Notes: a model not told the origin generated them from the sequence alone. 27,903 bases of DNA from Gemmatimonadaceae bacterium (GCA_040901985.1 JBBDYC010000016.1:33112-61014); one strand, 5' to 3'; positions 17,001-26,013 are shown, numbered from the stretch's first letter. Numbers and translations are program-made.

Positions 17001-18370
17001 GCCTGCAGACCCTCCTGCCCGCCATCGGGGAGTTGCGGGGCGCCTTTGACGCCGACGTCCAGGTCACCGGGGAGTGGGACAACCTCGAACCGCGCGGGTA
17101 CCTCCTCGTCCGCGACGGCGCCTTTTCCGTCCCCGTGCTCGGCACCGGATTCCGCGAGCTGGATATGGACATCGCGCTCGCGCCGGATTCGATCGTGATC
17201 CACCAGGCCCGGCTCTCCGACGAGCGCTCGACCCGCGACTCGGCGTCGGTCGAGGGCCTGGTGGTCCGCACCGCGGAAGGCTGGCGGGCCGACGTCCGCA
17301 CGACGGCCAGGTCGCTGCGCGTGATTGACGATCCGCGCGTGGCCGAGGCCGACGTGAGCTGGCAGCTCCACCTGGTCGGACCGCTCGACGCCTTGGTGCT
17401 GACGGGCGATGTCACCGTGCCCAATGCGAACCTGATCATCGGCGCGCAGCGGCGGCAGATCCTCGTGCTGGCGGAGGAGGAAGTCGAGGACAACATTGCG
17501 GCGCGATATGCGCCGCGGCTCGACGGCGTGCGCATCCGGCTCGGGAACGAGGTCCGCCTGCGATCGCCCGAGGCGAACGTGCAGCTCACCGGCACGGTCG
17601 TCGTCGCGGGGACGCTCGACGAGCCCGACGTGCGGGGCGACATCTACGCGACCCGCGGGACGTACCGGCTCGACCTCGGCCTGCTGCAGCGCACCTTCCA
17701 GGTGGACAGCGGGCGCGTGCAGATGAACGGCCCCCTGAGTGTCTCGCCGTCGCTCGACATCCAGACGTCGTACGTCGTCCGCCAGGCCGAGCGCGACGAC
17801 GTGCGGATCGGCGCACGGCTGACCGGCACGCTGGAACAGCCGCGCCTGGTGCTCTCGAGCGCCGACCTCGGCACGACGGCGACCGAGACCGAGCTCATCT
17901 CGTACCTGTTGTTCGGCGCGCCGAGCTTCGCGCTCGACGGCCAGAGTGCCTCGGCGGTGCGCCTCGCCACGGCGGCGCTGGTCCCGTCGCTGGGCGGCGC
18001 CGCCGAGCGCGCGCTCGGCGGGCGGATCCCGTTCATCAGCGAGCTGCAGGTGACGACCGTGGCCGGCGACTCGCCGCGCGACTTCACGCTGAACTCGTTC
18101 GAGGGGCTGCTCAACAGCTTCGCGTTGACGGCCGGTACGCAGATCGGGACGGACTCGTATCTCCGCCTCTCGGGTGGCGTCTGCCGCGGCGAGAATCGCG
18201 CCGCCCAGTCGCTCCCCGCCTGGTTCGGCGTCGCCGCCGAGTACATCCCGGTGGAGAAGTGGTCGGCGCAGGTGTCGCTGTCGCCGGGATCGTCGCCCTG
18301 CAATCGCATCGGGACCTTCACGCAGATCTATCAGTTCGGTCTCGACCTCTTCCGCGACTGGCGCTGGTAA
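14033..18370 (+). CDS. tamB: Translocation/assembly module TamB (AsmA-like, DUF490 C-terminus)
   Basis: 1445 aa with an N-terminal TM anchor and long beta-taco-like repeats. C-terminal G.Y...G...F.VDSG, P.LDI, LTGTLEQPRL, ELISYLLFG. The ATG directly follows the tamA TAG. Confidence 0.88.
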   Translation: MVRRLRIALWTTLVLVGGLAVVVIGGGAFLLRSDWGQRLVQTRVERAIQNAFSGRGDLALHGLVLAPLGSASLDSLVLRDATGVAILSTGAVTVEYALMPLLDRVLRLRLLRIVQPRVDLVKDAEGRWNLGRVITDGTAADTVGPPRARPDWRIVLDSLAVIGGDFSITRPDREPGAPLKQTTVRGVQLALGPSTYRTLDGTGTLALRHARADLNAPPVPLRHAEGTIALWPDSVQVDLTRFALPRSRASLRGGVGWDDKAAGPRIALVMRADTVDLSEITWISTFVPTEGAGRATVRIGNGPTRGVMRYAIADLDVQTDDSHVSGRLVADVGPDIAIRDLDLAAAPLDLALVRQFFGDSVPPAPWDGTLRGRFRATGGTLDAWTINPSSLEFEDRRAGGARSRVTIAGTLDLLAPTALLARLDVTVDSLDVRTLGAVVAVADSLDGYLTGRVQLTGPVDNVRFGDLALVHHDGRLPRSVVHGSGRVATDRRRTWLEATLILDTVSVAAVGKAFTAEPLDGVVHGTLAVSARGDSMALDLALRGEGATMRFDGATSLDSTRLVLQGAVTTEGLDLRRFLPKRALPSHQVTASATLGIDGPRTGPSGPLTIILDAESELAGLTFHDGRVLLELEPGGIRVDTIAVEGPAGRISARGRLSRDPALRDSLRFVVTVDSIALLQGFLPDSLRAAWADSLGGSGRLSGVALGSLDSLDVRAELTVDDLRAGTTAVGHLRADLLLDGVPKATHGLATIDATALVLGGVPIARLSAEATVRDPAWADVSLRLVAGDTLRATARADVHYMGDSLRIQLDSLDATTPDAAWALHRQAVLFVGPDRIALDSLDVRSTDGGQFLLAMRLASAGPITLTAHASQVPLAHARFTGRLPAGIDGRVSIDADVTGTRAAPVMIVTAALDSARVDGHIAPALAFTGEYADRSAEVTVRGQMAGRESFLVTGALPLDLRLESLPLRQRLADGSLYARLVADGSPLAGLQTLLPAIGELRGAFDADVQVTGEWDNLEPRGYLLVRDGAFSVPVLGTGFRELDMDIALAPDSIVIHQARLSDERSTRDSASVEGLVVRTAEGWRADVRTTARSLRVIDDPRVAEADVSWQLHLVGPLDALVLTGDVTVPNANLIIGAQRRQILVLAEEEVEDNIAARYAPRLDGVRIRLGNEVRLRSPEANVQLTGTVVVAGTLDEPDVRGDIYATRGTYRLDLGLLQRTFQVDSGRVQMNGPLSVSPSLDIQTSYVVRQAERDDVRIGARLTGTLEQPRLVLSSADLGTTATETELISYLLFGAPSFALDGQSASAVRLATAALVPSLGGAAERALGGRIPFISELQVTTVAGDSPRDFTLNSFEGLLNSFALTAGTQIGTDSYLRLSGGVCRGENRAAQSLPAWFGVAAEYIPVEKWSAQVSLSPGSSPCNRIGTFTQIYQFGLDLFRDWRW

Positions 18371-18418
18371 GCGGGAGGGCGGGCGGGTTAGCTTGTCCCG
18401 CACCGCCCCCTGCCCCGC
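18371..18418 (+). other. G-rich/C-rich intergenic element: canonical G-quadruplex motif, or an alternative hairpin
   Basis: GGGAGGGCGGGCGGG (18373-18387) followed by a complementary CCCGCACCGCCCCCTGCCCCGC tract. Confidence 0.45.
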
Positions 18419-18423
18419 CTCCG

Positions 18424-19149
18424 ATGCCCCTTCGCGCCCTGCTCACCGTCGCCATCGTGGTCCTTGCCGCCGCGCCGGCCGCCGCGCAGGACGCACCCGC
18501 CGTCGTCACCACGTTCACTGCCGACTTCGGCTATGTGGCGACGAGCGGGAACACCGAGGTCACGACGATGAGCGTCGGGGAGAAGCTCACGCAAGAGCGC
18601 GGCCGCTGGGCGCTCTCGCAGACCTTCGCGCTCGTGTACGGCGAGCAGGACGGGGCGGTCAACACGAACAACCTGCGCGCCGGCGTGCGCGGCGACTACC
18701 AGCTCGACCAGCTCTTCGCCCTGTTCGTCGGCGGCGGGTTCGACCGCAACCGGTTCGCCGGCATCGAGCGCCGGTTCGAGCAGCAACTCGGCGTCCAGCT
18801 CCGCGCGCTGGCGGCGCAGCGCGACACCGTCCGCCTCGAGGCCGGCGCCACGGCGACGCAGCAGGGCGCCGTCGGCGGCGGGCGCTCCACCTTCCCGTCC
18901 GCACGCGGGGCGGCGATCTGGCGGCACGCGTTCACCGACGCCGCGTACTTCCAGCAGAACGTCGAGACGATCGCCAATCTCGACGAGACGGACGACTGGC
19001 GCGTGAACACCGAGTCGGCGCTGATTGCCCCGGTGTCGCAGCGCATCGGGCTGAAGGTCTCCTTCGTGATTCGCTACGACAACGTCCCCGAGGCCGGGTT
19101 CAGCACGACCGACCGCCTTTTCACGACCGGCCTCCAGCTGACCTTCTAG
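18424..19149 (+). CDS. DUF481 / YdiY-family outer-membrane beta-barrel
   Basis: Start ATG 18424 with signal peptide ...AAPAAAQ. Motifs GYVATSGNT, DRNRFAGIERR, RYDNVP...TDRLFTTGLQLTF (terminal Phe). Confidence 0.85.
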   Translation: MPLRALLTVAIVVLAAAPAAAQDAPAVVTTFTADFGYVATSGNTEVTTMSVGEKLTQERGRWALSQTFALVYGEQDGAVNTNNLRAGVRGDYQLDQLFALFVGGGFDRNRFAGIERRFEQQLGVQLRALAAQRDTVRLEAGATATQQGAVGGGRSTFPSARGAAIWRHAFTDAAYFQQNVETIANLDETDDWRVNTESALIAPVSQRIGLKVSFVIRYDNVPEAGFSTTDRLFTTGLQLTF

Positions 19150-19197
19150 TTCCCGCCCGCCGAGCGGGACGGCGTGACCCCGTTCCCCGCTGGCGCC

Positions 19198-20673
19198 TCA
19201 GCGGATCACGGCACCGGTGGTGAAGTCGTACATCGTCACGCGCCGCAACCGGTAGTGGGCCACCCAGTAGCCGCGGAGCGCCTGCAGGTAGCCGAGGAGC
19301 GCCTGGTCCTTCTCACTCTGGGCCTGGTAGAGATTGTCCATCCCGATCCGGCCGATGATGTAGCGATTCTTGGTCACCTCGAACCGCTTGGCGCCGACGG
19401 TGTCCGCCTTGGCGGCGATGGTCAGCTGGCGACGCGCCAGCGCGACCTGAAGGGCCGCGAAGTGCGCCTCCTGCACTGTCTGCTCGCGTGTCTGGCGCGT
19501 GGTGTGCGCGACGCGCTGCCCGTCGAACCGTGCGGCGCGGACGTTGGCGCTCCGGCCGCCCCACTGCACCAGCGGCATTGAGATGCTGAGGTTGAAGCGG
19601 CGCGCCTCCTCGAGGTCCCGATACACGTCGTCGAACACCGTACTCGTCTGGTTGAGGCCCATCGAGGCCTGGAGCGTCCCGCCGAAGCCGGAGCCGAACC
19701 GCGCCTCGGCGATCCGCCGGTCCGCCTGCACCGCCTGCAGCTCCACGTCGCGCATCTGGGCGCGGTTGCGGAGCGCCTGCGCGACCGCCACCAGCGTGTC
19801 GGCGACGAACTCGGGAATCTCCGTCGGTACGATGATCTCCAGTGCCGAGCCGGCGGAGAGGCCGAGACTCAGCCGGAGCGCGGCGAGCGTCCGGTCGTGC
19901 TCGAGGCGCGCGCCGTCGAGCGACACCTGCGACCGTAGCAGCGCGAGTTCGCTCTGCAGCAGGTCGTTCTCGCCGATGCGCCCGACCTCGAATCGCCCGG
20001 TGTTGAGCGTATAGAGCGTGTCGTTCACCGCCGCGTTGGCGAGCGAGTTCTCGAGGTTGAGCTTGGCCGTGTAATAGTCGAAGAACGCGTTCGCGGCGGC
20101 GATCGCGACGTCCTCCATCGCCTCGCGATACGCGCGCTCGGCGATATCGGCGCGGAGGACCTGCTCGCGGGTGTCCCAGCGCTGGCGGTTGGGGCGCAGG
20201 AGATCCTGCCGGATCCCGACCGAGATCGGCGCCGAGGACCAGCGGCGGAACGACGTCGCGCCGGTGGCGTCGAGCCGCGAGAGCTCGGAGTTGATGAAGA
20301 GGTCGCCGCCAATCACCGGCAGCCGCTGCGTGATCCCCATCGCCACCTGGCCCAGCATCTGGTCCTGCGCGCGGGGGATCGTCGAGCCATCGCCCTGGAC
20401 GACGTTGATGATCGAGCGGTTGTAGCTTGGCACGGTGCCGGTCAGGCCGAGCTGCGGCAGCAGGGCCGCGTCGAAGGCGTCGTCCCGCTGGCGCGCCGCG
20501 TCGCGCGTCGCGCGCGCCGCCTGGGCGGTCGGTCCCTGGCTCTGCGCGCGGGTGATCGCCTCCGGGAGCGTCAGCCGCAGCGCCTCCTGGGCGGGGAGCG
20601 ACGGACCGACGAGGGACGAGGCGGTGCACAGGACGGCAAACACCGTCAGCGAGCGGCGTGTCATCTCATTCAT
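19198..20673 (-). CDS. TolC-family outer-membrane efflux protein
   Basis: Signal peptide, LTLPEAI, LLPQL, RFEVGRI, RYIIGRI, and C-terminal RRVTMYDF. Start at 20673 or 20664. Confidence 0.9.
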   Translation of the reverse strand: MNEMTRRSLTVFAVLCTASSLVGPSLPAQEALRLTLPEAITRAQSQGPTAQAARATRDAARQRDDAFDAALLPQLGLTGTVPSYNRSIINVVQGDGSTIPRAQDQMLGQVAMGITQRLPVIGGDLFINSELSRLDATGATSFRRWSSAPISVGIRQDLLRPNRQRWDTREQVLRADIAERAYREAMEDVAIAAANAFFDYYTAKLNLENSLANAAVNDTLYTLNTGRFEVGRIGENDLLQSELALLRSQVSLDGARLEHDRTLAALRLSLGLSAGSALEIIVPTEIPEFVADTLVAVAQALRNRAQMRDVELQAVQADRRIAEARFGSGFGGTLQASMGLNQTSTVFDDVYRDLEEARRFNLSISMPLVQWGGRSANVRAARFDGQRVAHTTRQTREQTVQEAHFAALQVALARRQLTIAAKADTVGAKRFEVTKNRYIIGRIGMDNLYQAQSEKDQALLGYLQALRGYWVAHYRLRRVTMYDFTTGAVIR

Positions 20674-22066
20674 AGCGGAGGCAGACCACGGGATCCTGTT
20701 TGGCGGCCCGCCACGCCGGCACGATGCCGAAGACGAGACCGACGGTGAACGACACGCCGAAGGCGACCACGATCGAGAGGAGGGACACGAGCGTGCGGAT
20801 TCCCGCCAGGCGCTCGATCCCGACGCTGATTCCGGCGCCGACGAGGATGCCGGCGACGCCGCCGGCGACGCTGATGATCACCGCCTCGGCGAGGAACTGG
20901 CCGAGGATGTCGCGCTGAGTCGCACCGAGCGCGCGCCGCACGCCGATCTCGCGGATCCGCTCGAGGATTGAGGCCAGCATGATGTTCATGATCCCGATCC
21001 CGCCGACGATCAGCGAGATGGACGCGATCGCGCCGAGGACGACGTTGAAGATCGTCTTGGCCCGCTGTTCCTGCTTCAGGAGAAGCTCGGGGACCGTGAC
21101 CTCGAAGTCCACGACGCCGTTGTGTCGCCGGGTGAGCATCCGCCGGACGACGTCGGCCACCTGCGGCACGTGCCGCGAGTCGGCGACCCGCACGACGATC
21201 CGGTCGAGCTGGTGGTAGTTCGTGCGCTCCGCCCGCACCTCCTCGGAGACCTGCTCGTCCTCGGCGGTCGTCACCGTGACCTCGCGACCGGCGATCTCAA
21301 TGTCGCGCTGCGTGACCTGCGCCCGATTGCGGTAGCGCAGCAACATCGTGTTGATCGGGACAAAGACGTCCATCCCGACGTCGCGCAGGCCGAGCCGATC
21401 GGCGTTCTCGCCGGCCACCTGCCGGTCGGCGAGGACGCCGACCACGGTGAGCCAGGTCTCGCCGACCTTGATCGGCTTGCCGATCGGGTCCTCGGTGGTG
21501 AAGAAGCGCGACCGCACGCCGTGGCCAATGATCGCGATCGGACGGCCCTGCGCCGTCTGCTCGGCGGTGAACATCGCGCCGCTGGCGAGGCCCATATTGA
21601 GGAGGCGGAAGTACGCGGGGTCAACGCCGACGATCTTGCCGGTGCGCCGGCGCCCCTCGCGCGTGATGACCGAATTCATCACGATCTCGGCGCTCACCGT
21701 CTCGACGCCCGGCACGTGCACCTGGATCGCCGCGGCGTCGAGGTAGGTCAGGCCCGGCGAGTACCGTTTGACCTTCTGCTTGTCCGCATCCTCGCCGGCG
21801 GCGCCCTCGGCCTGCTCCTCGTAGGGCGTGATGACGACGTTGTTGGAGCCGAGCAGGCGCATCTGCTCGAGGATCTCCTGCTCGGCGCCGCGCCCGATGG
21901 CCAGCATCGCGATCACCGAGGCGACGCCGAACAGGATGCCGAGCGAGGTCAGGCCGGCCCGCAGCCGGTTGTGCGCCACCGCCTCGAGGGCCGTGCGCAC
22001 CGCGAAGACGACGTGGGCGTTGATCTCCCCGCGCAGATGCGCGAGGCGGGCGCGGTCAATCGCCAC
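20666..22066 (-). CDS. MacB/FtsX-like ABC transporter permease (no nucleotide-binding domain)
   Basis: LRAGLTSLGILFGVASVIAM, periplasmic MacB core, IASISLIVGGIGIMNIMLASILERIREIGVRRALGA, FGIVPAWRAAKQDPVVCLRYE. Confidence 0.93.
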   Translation of the reverse strand: MAIDRARLAHLRGEINAHVVFAVRTALEAVAHNRLRAGLTSLGILFGVASVIAMLAIGRGAEQEILEQMRLLGSNNVVITPYEEQAEGAAGEDADKQKVKRYSPGLTYLDAAAIQVHVPGVETVSAEIVMNSVITREGRRRTGKIVGVDPAYFRLLNMGLASGAMFTAEQTAQGRPIAIIGHGVRSRFFTTEDPIGKPIKVGETWLTVVGVLADRQVAGENADRLGLRDVGMDVFVPINTMLLRYRNRAQVTQRDIEIAGREVTVTTAEDEQVSEEVRAERTNYHQLDRIVVRVADSRHVPQVADVVRRMLTRRHNGVVDFEVTVPELLLKQEQRAKTIFNVVLGAIASISLIVGGIGIMNIMLASILERIREIGVRRALGATQRDILGQFLAEAVIISVAGGVAGILVGAGISVGIERLAGIRTLVSLLSIVVAFGVSFTVGLVFGIVPAWRAAKQDPVVCLRYE

Positions 22067-23384
22067 GCGGGACCGTCCGAGGGGGCGCTGCCGAATCGCC
22101 GCCGGTGGCCTTCGTCCCGCGGGTCGAGCCCGGAAGGCGCTGCGGCGTCAGCCGATCGGCGTTCGCCGGGGGCACGAGGAGGACCTGATCGCCCGCCTCG
22201 AGTCCCGCCAGGATGACGACCTCGTTCTCGTTCATCACGCCGGTCTCAACCTCCTGCTTGACCACCCGCGCGCCGCTCCGGCGATACACATAGGGCACAT
22301 CGTCGGTGGAACTCACCGCCTCCAGCGGGACCGACAGCGCGTTGGGGATGCTCGACGTCTCGATCGCGTTGCTCGTCGTCATCCCGGGGCGCAGCGTGGT
22401 ATCCGGAAGCGCCACCGTGACCTTCACCTCGAAGACCTTGGCGTCGGAGTTCGGCCGCTGTTCGCCGACGTTGGCGACGGCGGCGACCGTGCCGGTGAGC
22501 CGCTTGGAGGGGTCGGAGTCGAGCGCGATCGCCACCGACTGCCCCACCGCGACCTTTCGCACGTCAATCTCGTTCACGTAGGTGATGGATTCCATCTGCG
22601 AGAGGTCGGGCAGCGTCGCCACGGTGGGCTCCCACGGATTGATCTGCGAGCCGGCGGTCTTCTTCTTGCCGTTCCACTCCTTGACGTAAATCACCATCCC
22701 GGCGGCGGGCGCCCGGATGGTGAAGCCGGCCATCACGTTCTGCACGATGGAGAGCAGGTTGCGCTGGCGCTGCAAGTCGGCGCCGACTTCGCTCATCTTC
22801 GCCTTGGCCTGCTCCACCCGCGTCACGTAGTCGAGCCGCGCCTGGGCGAGGGCCCGATCGGCCTTCTCGAGGTCAATCGCGGCCTGCCGGCGGATTGTCG
22901 GCGCCTCGTACACCGCCTGTTCCTCGGCCAGGCGCTTCTCCTCCAAGGCCAGTTCCATCGTGCGGATGTCCTCACGCGCCTTGGAGAGGTTGAGCGTCGA
23001 GTCGAGCATCGCCTGCTCGTACTGCGCCTCCGCCTTCTGGAGGGCCAGCGAGACGTCCGAGATCCGCTGGGCGAGGATCGAGCGGTCGAGGTCGGCCACG
23101 ACGTCCCCTTCCTTCACGACCGTGCCCTCGGGGACGATCGTCTGGATCTTCACGTTGAAGGCCCCCGCCTGCTGCATATTGGGTGGGCCCTGGATCTGGA
23201 CGAAGGACCGTGCGCGGAGTTCGCCGGCGGTCGTCACCGTGACGATGAAGTCGCCCTGCCGCACCGTCGCGACGAGTGCCGATCCGTCGTCGCCGGCCGG
23301 GCGTGCGAGGAGCCACGCCGTCGGCGCGCCGACGACGAGCAGCGCGAGGACGACGAGCGTGCGACGGGAACGGAACAGGCGCAT
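22056..23384 (-). CDS. Periplasmic adaptor (MacA/HlyD-like membrane fusion protein)
   Basis: Start ATG 23384 (GAGG SD), N-terminal TM, VPEGTVVKEGD lipoyl half, long coiled coil, IRAPAAGMV, VNEIDV, LRPGMT, ALSVP, GLEAGD. Confidence 0.92.
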   Translation of the reverse strand: MRLFRSRRTLVVLALLVVGAPTAWLLARPAGDDGSALVATVRQGDFIVTVTTAGELRARSFVQIQGPPNMQQAGAFNVKIQTIVPEGTVVKEGDVVADLDRSILAQRISDVSLALQKAEAQYEQAMLDSTLNLSKAREDIRTMELALEEKRLAEEQAVYEAPTIRRQAAIDLEKADRALAQARLDYVTRVEQAKAKMSEVGADLQRQRNLLSIVQNVMAGFTIRAPAAGMVIYVKEWNGKKKTAGSQINPWEPTVATLPDLSQMESITYVNEIDVRKVAVGQSVAIALDSDPSKRLTGTVAAVANVGEQRPNSDAKVFEVKVTVALPDTTLRPGMTTSNAIETSSIPNALSVPLEAVSSTDDVPYVYRRSGARVVKQEVETGVMNENEVVILAGLEAGDQVLLVPPANADRLTPQRLPGSTRGTKATGGDSAAPPRTVPRGD

Positions 23385-23455
23385 ACGGGTGCCTCGACGG
23401 CGGATGGGGGCGGCATTCAGGACCCCGAGGGCCATCCCCGAGGGCGTCCTTGGTG

Positions 23456-23482
23456 AGACACGGCGGCGGTCGGAAGGGTTGC
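23456..23482 (-). promoter_or_regulatory. Putative ECF-sigma promoter (GCAACC-N17-GTCT) for the efflux operon
   Basis: Minus-strand AAC core at -35 and GTC at -10 with 17-nt spacing, about 70 nt upstream of the adaptor ATG. Confidence 0.35.
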
Positions 23483-23549
23483 GACGACCGCCACGATGCA
23501 CGGCCGCGGCGCGCCGCGCATCCCCCTTAATGGATTTCTAATCGTTGCC

Positions 23550-25946
23550 TCAGGGCCACGGCAGGGGGATCACCGCAAAGCGCGAGCGCCGCGCCGGGTC
23601 GTCCGTCCCGGCGAAGTAGCCGGCAATGTCGCGCAGCGCCGCGGCGGCAAGCGCGCGGTCGGCCAAGGGCCCTTCCGTCTGCGCCGCCAGCCGCGTCGCC
23701 AACGCACTCAGGTGATACTCGGCCACCTGCCGCACGTCGGGGAGCGCGCGGGCATCGCCCGCCCGGTCGAGCAGCGTGTTGAGGACCACGCGCTGCACCG
23801 CGCGTCGGAGCGCCTGCTCGTTGGGCGAGGTCGGGGTCGGCGAACCCCACGCCCGCGCCACGACGGTCCGGAGGACCTCGTCGAGCGTGGGCAGCTGGGG
23901 ATCGCGCGCGTGGAAGAGGACGACGCGGGCGAGCCGTTCCCGGTGGAGGATCCCCTCGATGACCTCGGTCGCCAGCCCGCCGGCGAGGGTGATCTGGTCG
24001 AACCCCGTCCCGGCCGCCGACCCGATCCATTCGAGCGACCCGTCGCCGCCCGGGGGGACCGGCGGGATCAACGCCATCACCCGCTCGGGGACGGCCAGCG
24101 CGGCGGGCTCCAGCGCGTCGAGCGCCATCGTCAGCGCGCGGCGCTGGTCGGCGGCCGGCAGCACGCTCGTCGGCGTCTGGCCGTCGCCGCGCACCGCGTA
24201 CCGGAAGTCCATCCCGCCGATGTACTTGATCAGCCCCTCGAGCGAATAGCGGTGGTGCAGGTAGACGTGGGCAAAGCGCATGTTGAGCAGGTACATCGGC
24301 TCGCCGGGTTGGATCGCCCGTTCATCGAACCTCTCGATCGCCACGCGGCGCACGGCCGTCGTGCGCTCGACGGCGTCGAACATCGTGGCGCCCTCCACCC
24401 AGCGCGTCGCGTGCGGGAGGGAGCCGTCGGCCCCGGCGTGGGCGTCACCGACGAACCGCAGGCCGCGCCGGAGTCCCTCGCCCACGACCGCGGCGAGCCC
24501 GGCGGCCTCGGCGCGCGCGTCGGCATACCAGCGGTAGCCGTAGCGGATGGCAAGCGAGTCCCAGGCGCCGGCGTGCGGCGCGTAGGCGCGTGAGAGGTCG
24601 AGCTGTCCGCGCGCATCCACGGTGATCAGCGGCACCGGATAGTCCATCACCGAACTGCGGTCCTGCGTCGCGGCGATGAAGTTGTGCGCGAGGCCGAGGG
24701 TGTGGCCGATCTCGTGCGCGGTGTGCTGCCGTCGCCGCGCCATCGTGAACGCCTCCGCGCTCACGTTGAGCCCGCCCGGACCGGCGGCCGGCACGAGGCC
24801 GGCGTAGATGTTGAAGTCAATCAGCGAGCGCCACGAATCCATCCGCACCACCGTGCGGATGATCTCGCCGGTGCGCGGGTCGGCGAACGACGGACCGACC
24901 GACGGTCCGGGGCCGCTGCGGTGGACCCAGTAGATCATTGAATAGCGGGCGTCCATCGGGTCGGCGCCCGCCGGGAGGTCGCGCACCTGGAACGCGTTCC
25001 GGAATCCGGCCGCCTCGAATACCGTGTTCCACCACATCCCGCCTTCGCGGAACGCCTCGCGGTAGGGCGCCGGAATCGCCGGGTCGAGGTAGTAGACGAT
25101 CGGCGTCACCGGCTCGACGAGCTGGCCGCGCCGGTACGCCGCCACGTCGCGCGGCACGAGGCGCCAGCGGTTCGCGAAACCGTCACGATACGTGCCGTCG
25201 AACCCCTGGGCGAAGTCGTAGAAGCCGGTGCCGAAGAATCCGCTGCGCGGATCCCCGGCGCGCGGGCGGAATCCCTCGGGGTCCGGGAGCGCCACCAGCG
25301 AGTGATGGATCTCGAACACGGGGGCCGAGGCGTCGGCCGCCGTCCGTCGCAGCGCCGGCCCGGCGTTGTCCACCGCAAAGGTCAGCACCGCGTGGATCTC
25401 GGCGTTGCGCGGGAACGCCTTGGTGCGCTCTCTGTCGAACCAGCTGCGCGCCGCGTCCACGCGGGCCGAGCCCTGCTGCGAGCGGCGGATCGTCTCGGCA
25501 ATGCCGTACGTGTCGCTGAGGAAGAACGAGGTGGCATCCACCGTGAGGACGCCATTCGCCTCCGACTCGATCGCGAAGGACGCGATCACCGCGCGCGGGA
25601 ATGCCTCGGCCGCGGCACGTTGGGCCGCCGCGTCGGCGCCCTGGGCGCGCGCGGCAAGGTTGTTGCGGACCATCAGGACGCGCTTGCCCTGACGCTCGAA
25701 CCGCACCACCGCGCTGCCACCGGTCTGGCCGCGGTCGAGGCCGAACGCCGAGCCGGCTCCGGTGGCGAGGACGCTCTGGTGCAGAAGGTCCCGGTCGAGC
25801 TGCGCGGCGGGGATCTCGAGCAGCAGCTTGTTGCGGTCGGCATCCACCCGCACGCCGACGAGCGGGGCCCCTTGCGCGGCGATCGCGCCGGGGACGAGCG
25901 TGAGGAGGATGGCGACGGTCGCGACGGTGCGGTGGGCGGTGCGCAT
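23550..25946 (-). CDS. Secreted zinc-dependent metalloprotease (DUF5117 / DUF4953, metzincin-like)
   Basis: Signal peptide, PRAGDPRSGFF, NRWRL, PIVYYLD, DPMDARY, zinc motif HEIGHTLGLAHNF, Met-turn SSVMDYP, AIRYGY. Confidence 0.9.
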   Translation of the reverse strand: MRTAHRTVATVAILLTLVPGAIAAQGAPLVGVRVDADRNKLLLEIPAAQLDRDLLHQSVLATGAGSAFGLDRGQTGGSAVVRFERQGKRVLMVRNNLAARAQGADAAAQRAAAEAFPRAVIASFAIESEANGVLTVDATSFFLSDTYGIAETIRRSQQGSARVDAARSWFDRERTKAFPRNAEIHAVLTFAVDNAGPALRRTAADASAPVFEIHHSLVALPDPEGFRPRAGDPRSGFFGTGFYDFAQGFDGTYRDGFANRWRLVPRDVAAYRRGQLVEPVTPIVYYLDPAIPAPYREAFREGGMWWNTVFEAAGFRNAFQVRDLPAGADPMDARYSMIYWVHRSGPGPSVGPSFADPRTGEIIRTVVRMDSWRSLIDFNIYAGLVPAAGPGGLNVSAEAFTMARRRQHTAHEIGHTLGLAHNFIAATQDRSSVMDYPVPLITVDARGQLDLSRAYAPHAGAWDSLAIRYGYRWYADARAEAAGLAAVVGEGLRRGLRFVGDAHAGADGSLPHATRWVEGATMFDAVERTTAVRRVAIERFDERAIQPGEPMYLLNMRFAHVYLHHRYSLEGLIKYIGGMDFRYAVRGDGQTPTSVLPAADQRRALTMALDALEPAALAVPERVMALIPPVPPGGDGSLEWIGSAAGTGFDQITLAGGLATEVIEGILHRERLARVVLFHARDPQLPTLDEVLRTVVARAWGSPTPTSPNEQALRRAVQRVVLNTLLDRAGDARALPDVRQVAEYHLSALATRLAAQTEGPLADRALAAAALRDIAGYFAGTDDPARRSRFAVIPLPWP

Positions 25947-26013
25947 CAGTCCCTGTGGGATGGGGTGGTCGGGGTCACGGCGACGCCACGCGGCATCACC
26001 CGGGGCTACGCGT

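Noticed and set aside
19150..19197. Intrinsic terminator between the convergent DUF481 and TolC genes
   Set aside because: Only a 6-bp stem (TCCCGC/GCGGGA) with no U-tract on either strand, which is too weak to call.
23550..25946. Metalloprotease as the A subunit of an EcxAB-like AB5 toxin
   Set aside because: No B-subunit gene is nearby. The long DUF5117/DUF4953-type architecture is widespread in environmental bacteria.
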